Positions 57,711 to 64,000 of a stretch of DNA of 64,000 bases are shown piece by piece (the first letter of the stretch is position 1; every line of letters starts with the position of its first letter). Under the pieces are notes generated by a model. The model saw nothing but the letters and a program-made list of their open reading frames with translations, ran no database searches and was not told the DNA's origin. The stretch is from Octopus vulgaris (lineage: Eukaryota). The stretch is from NCBI GenBank assembly GCA_951406725.2, contig OX597817.1, positions 107,942,001 through 108,006,000 of the forward strand, written 5' to 3'. Position numbers and translations under genes: made by a program.

Positions 57711-59700
57711 AAGCATGCCTCACCCTACGTCATTAATTGGTTCCAGGAGATGCGACTTAAGTCTAATTTACTTGTCTCTAGGCTAAACTGATAATAACCA
57801 TTCCCAGTTCTGTACTTTATTTATGAATGCATTTTCAATAATACATTATAAATAAAAACCTATTTTAAGCTTAAAAACAAATAATTTTTATTTTTTAATA
57901 CAGTACAGTAAAAAAAATTTGCGGTGTTTACCGTACATCGTGGATGCTTTAATTATGAATGCGGTTTGCAATAAGACATGGTAAAACAAAAGCCCTTTTT
58001 AAGCTTAAAAAACAAATTCATTAAGTGTTATTATTTAGCAATAGTAAAACAAAGACTAAATTATTTTATATTTACCTATACGTACATGCAATTTGGTGGT
58101 TTAATCGCGGATGTAGATAGCTATGGATCGTCAACATCAACAGCTGCATTTGGCCGTTCTTGTTCGATGCGTTTTAAAAAAACCGATTGAGAGTTCCTTG
58201 AACTATCTTCTTTTCCTCAAGGATTATATCATAAGGAGCAAAAGCTTCGTGACAAGCCCCCATAGTCTTGGAAAAGCGTTGAGCATTTCGATCCATATCC
58301 TCGTACAAAGATAGACATTTTTTGATATATGCAAATACTTGCTGCATTTTCTTCATGGTAAAGTGTTCTTTGTTTTGCTGCCCGTGAAGCTCTATTAAAT
58401 CCTCGTTCGTCTGGGGCTGCTTGTCTTTTTCAAATAAATTTGTGAAATCAACCTTCTCCAAATCCATTTCCAGTTCTTTGCTCGTAGTCACCAACGTTTT
58501 GTTGCTGGCAACATTATCAAACCGCTTAAAATCATTCACGAATTGCAGGTATAGCTTTTTCCATACACCACTCATAGCCGTGCTCTGTACATCATTCCAT
58601 GCTGCTGCTATGTTCTTTACATCGTTGTAGATATCGTATCTCTTCCAAAAGTCACGAAGTCTGATGGACTCATCGAGATCAGTTGCAGCTATTGCTTGCC
58701 GCAGCGTTCGCTTCATATAGTAGCGCTTGAAGATAGCAATTATTTCTTGATCCATTGATTGCAGAAGAGACGTGGTGTTCGGAGGGAGGTGGACGACGGT
58801 AACGTTGGTGTCAAAATCTACAATGTTTTGCGGGTGGCCAGGAGCATTATCTAAGATAAATAAAACCTTAAAAGGAATCGCCTTCTCCTTATCCTGCTGC
58901 TGAGTTAAAATGATTGAAGAAACAATCTTCAAAAACAACAACAGTAACCCATACTTTTGAATTAGCCATCCATATAACAGGGAGAGATGCCTTGGGTATG
59001 TTCTTCAGGGTATGGGGTTTGTGTGCATGATACACAAGCAATCGCTTTAACTTAAAATCTCCTGCACTATTAGCTCGCAACATAATGGTCACACATTCTT
59101 TTGAGACCTTGTAGCCTGAAATAGTTTCCTCTTCCTTGGAATTGAATGAACGGTTTGGAAATTTTTTCCAATACAATTCAGTTTCGTCTACATTGAAAAT
59201 CTGTTGGGGAAGAAATCCGTTTTCTTCGATGATTTTCTTTAATGCATTAGGAAATTCCGATGCTGCTTGTTCGTCAGCTGATGTACTTTCACTTTGCTTC
59301 TTAATGGAGTGATAACTTCTTCGCTCCTTAAATCTAACGAACCATCCTTGACTTGCCTTGAACTCAACATCTTTCTCATCTGGATATTTTTTCTTCAGGT
59401 CCTCAAACAAAGACAACGCTTTCTCTTGAAGGATTTTTTGACTAATAGCATCACGCTGACGATTCAACCTAACAATCCAAAGAGAAAGAAAATTTTCCAT
59501 TTCTTCAAAGATTTTGCTTCTTTTCTTCTTGATGACATCGTTCTTCATTGCTGGTGCTTCAGATCTGCACCAAATCCAGAACTACTTACCTCACTTACGC
59601 ATAATCATTTTACTCAGGGACTAGTAGACCCGACACCGTTCGGTAATCGCTGCGCATTCAAAGCAGAGATCAGAAATTTTACGAAACCGGTGTGCTTTTG
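57711..59700 (-). mobile_element. Tigger/pogo-like DNA transposon with frameshifted transposase
   Basis: ORF 58889-59548 (CENP-B-type HTH, FKASQGWF, IFNVDETELYWK) plus ORF 58174-58941 (LFILDNAPGHP, LPPNTTSLLQSMDQ). TIR-like end AGCATGCCTCACCCTACG at ~57712. Confidence 0.88.
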
Positions 59701-59768
59701 AATGTCTCTAACAATTAACAATAATGACTTTTATTACTTTTATTCCTACCTCAGTTCAACTAATTGTA

Positions 59769-59855
<87 letters not shown>

Positions 59856-59870
59856 GTATATATATATATA

Positions 59871-59970
59871 GGCGCAGGAGTGGCGTCTGTGTGGTAAGTA
59901 GATTGTTTACCAACCACATGGTTCCGGGTTCAGTCCCACTGCGTGGCATCTTGGGCAAGTGTCTTCTACT
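59871..59970 (+). mobile_element. SINE family A head, truncated by the 505-bp array
   Basis: Family consensus stops at TCTTCTACT, exactly where the array begins. Confidence 0.8.
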
Positions 59971-62385
59971 AGATATATTCAAATGTAATAGGCTGAACTC
60001 CATGCACGCGATATTTCGGTATCGTGTTTGCATTTAGTCCAGCAAATTACATTTATAACGGACCATGCTGATGATGGCTGCAGTTTTCCTTGCGGAAAAT
60101 AACAGCTGAAACTAAGTTAGTACATGGGTAATTATTTTATTTCGTATATTTTTCACTTGTTTATTGCTATGGTTTTGTGTTGAGTTTGATCTGAGAACAT
60201 AATATTTTGTGGAGAATGACAATTTGACGTCTATATCTAGCATGTTGACTGTCCACTTTTCGTGTTCAGTCCTTAATTGGTATATATAAATATTTTAATC
60301 TTCGGATTCTTTTTTAATATGCTAGACCACTAGTCTTAATTGATAAATATCAATTTCTACCCTTAATTAATTTTATATAAATAAATGTTCTCTAACCGAT
60401 AAATTAACTGCTGCTAATTATTAGCTGCAGGCTAGTTTTCTCGGGTCTCAACGCGCCAAAGTAAAGGCATTTGAAAGATATATTCAAATGTTATAGGCTG
60501 AACTCCATGCACGCGATATTTCGGTATCGTGTTTGCATTTAGTCCAGCAAATTACATTTATAACGGACCATGCTGATGATGGCTGCAGTTTTCCTTGCGG
60601 AAAATAACAGCTGAAACTAAGTTAGTACATGGGTAATTATTTTATTTCGTATATTTTTCACTTGTTTATTGCTATGGTTTTGTGTTGAGTTTGATCTGAG
60701 AACATAATCTTTTGTGGAGAATGACAATTTGACGTCTATATCTAGCATGTTGACTGTCCACTTTTCGTGTTCAGTCCTTAATTGGTATATATAAATATTT
60801 TAATCTTCGGATTCTTTTTTAATATGCTAGACCACTGGTCTTAATTGATAAATATCAATTTCTACCCTTAATTAATTTTATATAAATAAATGTTCTCTAA
60901 CCGATAAATTAACTGCTGCTAATTATTAGCTGCAGGCTAGTTTTCTCGGGTCTCAACGCGCCAAAGTAAAGGCATTTGAAAGATATATTCAAATGTTATA
61001 GGCTGAACTCCATGCACGCGATATTTCGGTATCGTGTTTGCATTTAGTCCAGCAAATTACATTTATAACGGACCATGCTGATGATGGCTGCAGTTTTCCT
61101 TGCGGAAAATAACAGCTGAAACTAAGTTAGTACATGGGTAATTATTTTATTTCGTATATTTTTCACTTGTTTATTGCTATGGTTTTGTGTTGAGTTTGAT
61201 CTGAGAACATAATCTTTTGTGGAGAATGACGATTTGACGTCTATATCTAGCATGTTGACTGTCCACTTTTCGTGTTCAGTCCTTAATTGGTATATATAAA
61301 TATTTTAATCTTCGGATTCTTTTTTAATATGCTAGACCACTGGTCTTAATTGATAAATATCAATTTCTACCCTTAATTAATTTTATATAAATAAATGTTC
61401 TCTAACCGATAAATTAACTGCTGCTAATTATTAGCTGCAGGCTAGTTTTCTCGGGTCTCAACGCGCCAAAGTAAAGGCATTTGAAAGATATATTCAAATG
61501 TAATAGGCTGAACTCCATGCACGCGATATTTCGGTATCGTGTTTGCATTTAGTCCAGCAAATTACATTTATAACGGACCATGCTGATGATGGCTGCAGTT
61601 TTCCTTGCGGAAAATAACAGCTGAAACTAAGTTAGTACATGGGTAATTATTTTATTTCGTATATTTTTCACTTGTTTATTGCTATGGTTTTGTGTTGAGT
61701 TTGATCTGAGAACATAATCTTTTGTGGAGAATGACGATTTGACGTCTATATCTAGCATGTTGACTGTCCACTTTTCGTGTTCAGTCCTTAATTGGTATAT
61801 ATAAATATTTTAATCTTCGGATTCTTTTTTAATATGCTAGACCACTGGTCTTAATTGATAAATATCAATTTCTACCCTTAATTAATTTTATATAAATAAA
61901 TGTTCTCTAACCGATAAATTAACTGCTGCTAATTATTAGCTGCAGGCTAGTTTTCTCGGGTCTCAACGCGCCAAAGTAAAGGCATTTGAAAGATATATTC
62001 AAATGTAATAGGCTGAACTCCATGCACGCGATATTTCGGTATCGTGTTTGCATTTAGTCCAGCAAATTACATTTATAACGGACCATGCTGATGATGGCTG
62101 CAGTTTTCCTTGCGGAAAATAACAGCTGAAACTAAGTTAGTACATGGGTAATTATTTTATTTCGTATATTTTTCACTTGTTTATTGCTATGGTTTTGTGT
62201 TGAGTTTGATCTGAGAACATAATCTTTTGTGGAGAATGACGATTTGACGTCTATATCTAGCATGTTGACTGTCCACTTTTCGTGTTCAGTCCTTAATTGG
62301 TATATATAAATATTTTAATCTTCGGATTCTTTTTAATATGCTAGACCACTGGTCTTAATTGATAAATATCAATTTCTACCCTTAA

Positions 62386-62391
<6 letters not shown>
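59971..62391 (+). mobile_element. Tandem array of a 505-bp HHR-containing unit (~4.8 copies); retrozyme-like
   Basis: Units start at 59971, 60476, 60981, 61486 and 61991; few substitutions between copies; ends at (TA)n. Confidence 0.93.
60063..60127 (+). ncRNA. Canonical type I hammerhead ribozyme (also 60568-60632, 61073-61137, 61578-61642, 62083-62147)
   Basis: CCATG CTGATGA T GGCTG(..TTTTCC TTGC GGAAAA..)CAGCT GAAA CTA AGT TAG TA CATGG; GUA cleavage after 60122. Confidence 0.88.
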
Positions 62392-62418
<27 letters not shown>

Positions 62419-62421
<3 letters not shown>

Positions 62422-64000
62422 ACAATCAAGGAACGGCCATAATAGGCCATTCACCCACTAGAAATAACAGCCAAAGCTTCAACCGCAAATAAAAGTCAAT
62501 TCTGTAAACCAGGAGAAAATTTAAAAACATTTACCCTGTAATTTCTTATACGATATACCGTTTCATCTGCTGATTAATGGTAAACTAACCTGATTAAATT
62601 AAATCAAGCCAATCTTCCACAGGCCCTCAGATTCGTCAGTAAGAAATAGCCCAAGTCGGAACAGATATTTTCACGAGGCATTTCCGACCTTGCCAAGTTT
62701 ATATCTGACCTAAAATTTTCAAATCGTCGCACTCGCGCCAAATTTATCGGCAGCAAATAAATATAAGCCGTCGATTCCATTACGGAATTAACCAGAAAAT
62801 TCATAATTAATCAATATAGGGTGGCAAAAAAAATTTTGTAGAATTCTTTTGCCACCAGCGGCCTAGTAGGAAAAAATTAAATAGTCATAGACCATTTTTA
62901 AGTTTAACATCAACAATCAAGGAACGGCCATAATAGGCCATTCACCCACTAGAAATAACAGCCAAAAGCTTCAACCGCAAATAAAAGTCAATTCTGTAAA
63001 CCAGGAGAAAATTTAAAAAACATTTACCCTGTAATTTCTTATACGATATACCGTTTCATCTGCTGATTAATGGTAAACTAACCTGATTAAATTAAATCAA
63101 GCCAATCTTCCACAGGCCCTCAGATTCGTCAGTAAGAAATAGCCCAAGTCGGAACAGATATTTTCACGAGGCATTTCCGACCTTGCCAAGTTTATATCTG
63201 ACCTAAAATTTTCAAATCGTCGCACTCGCGAAATATATTTATTTGCTGCCGATAAATTTGGCGCGAGTGCGACGATTTGAAAATTTTAGGTCAGATATAA
63301 ACTTGGCAAGGTCGGAAATGCCTCGTGAAAATATCTGTTCCGACTTGGGCTATTTCTTACTGACGAATCTGAGGGCCTGTGGAAGATTGGCTTGATTTAA
63401 TTTAATCAGGTTAGTTTACCATTAATCAGCAGATGAAACGGTATATCGTATAAGAAATTACAGGGTAAATGTTTTTTAAATTTTCTCCTGGTTTACAGAA
63501 TTGACTTTTATTTGCGGTTGAAGCTTTGGCTGTTATTTCTAGTGGGTGAATGGCCTATTATGGCCGTTCCTTGATTGTTGATGTTAAACTTAAAAATGGT
63601 CTATGACTATTTAATTTTTTCCTACTAGGCCGCTGGTGGCAAAAGAATTCTACAAAATTTTTTTGCCACCCTATATTGATTAATTATGAATTTTCTGGTT
63701 AATTCCGTAATGGAATCGACGGCTTATATTTATTTGCTGCCGATAAATTTGGCGCGAGTGCGACGATTTGAAAATTTTAGGTCAGATATAAACTTGGCAA
63801 GGTCGGAAATGCCTCGTGAAAATATCTGTTCCGACTTGGGCTATTTCTTACTGACGAATCTGAGGGCCTGTGGAAGATTGGCTTGATTTAATTTAATCAG
63901 GTTAGTTTACCATTAATCAGCAGATGAAACGGTATATCGTATAAGAAATTACAGGGTAAATGTTTTTTAAATTTTCTCCTGGTTTACAGAATTGACTTTT
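62419..64000. mobile_element. 491-bp HHR-containing unit: ~1.65 minus copies, then an inverted tandem run on plus that continues past the window end
   Basis: Minus arm 62419-63230, plus arm from ~63234; period 491 bp. Confidence 0.92.
63352..63458 (+). ncRNA. Type I hammerhead with ~60-nt stem II insertion (also + 63843-63949; - 62541-62647 and 63034-63140)
   Basis: ATTTCTTA CTGACGA ATCTG...CAGAT GAAA CGG TATA TCG TA TAAGAAAT; 8-bp stem I, GUA site. Confidence 0.85.

Noticed and set aside
62455-62476. CTAGAAATA(A/G)CAG resembling a Cas9 sgRNA scaffold
   Set aside because: Short chance similarity; it is the antisense of the shared 3' motif, with no CRISPR context.
63686-63886. 66-aa ORF repeated at 62604-62804
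   Set aside because: Recurs only because of the repeat, overlaps the ribozyme and has no recognisable domain.

Overview
AT-rich, microsatellite-dense eukaryotic (animal) DNA. The SINE and microsatellite content resembles an octopus or other cephalopod genome; this is inference, not a database match. I find no recognisable host protein-coding gene, and most listed ORFs are microsatellite translations. The window is a mosaic of decayed transposons: mariner DD34D, maT-like DD37D, Tigger/pogo, a Merlin-like fragment, a Helitron-like element, RTE, R4/Dong-like and L1/Tx1-like LINE relics, and many copies of several SINE families, three of them with tRNA-derived heads. The main signal is roughly two dozen type I hammerhead-ribozyme (HHR) motifs, intact or decayed. 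They lie in non-coding units of about 360-505 bp that form tandem and head-to-head inverted arrays ending in (TA)n or (ATT)n tracts. Three young arrays (362-bp unit at 9.5-10.9 kb, 505-bp unit at 60.0-62.4 kb, 491-bp unit at 62.4-64.0 kb) plus older relatives look like retrozymes or non-autonomous Penelope-like elements. They show compensatory covariation in the ribozyme, a conserved UUCG-capped hairpin, and a 3' motif shared between otherwise dissimilar families. All folds and alignments were done by eye.
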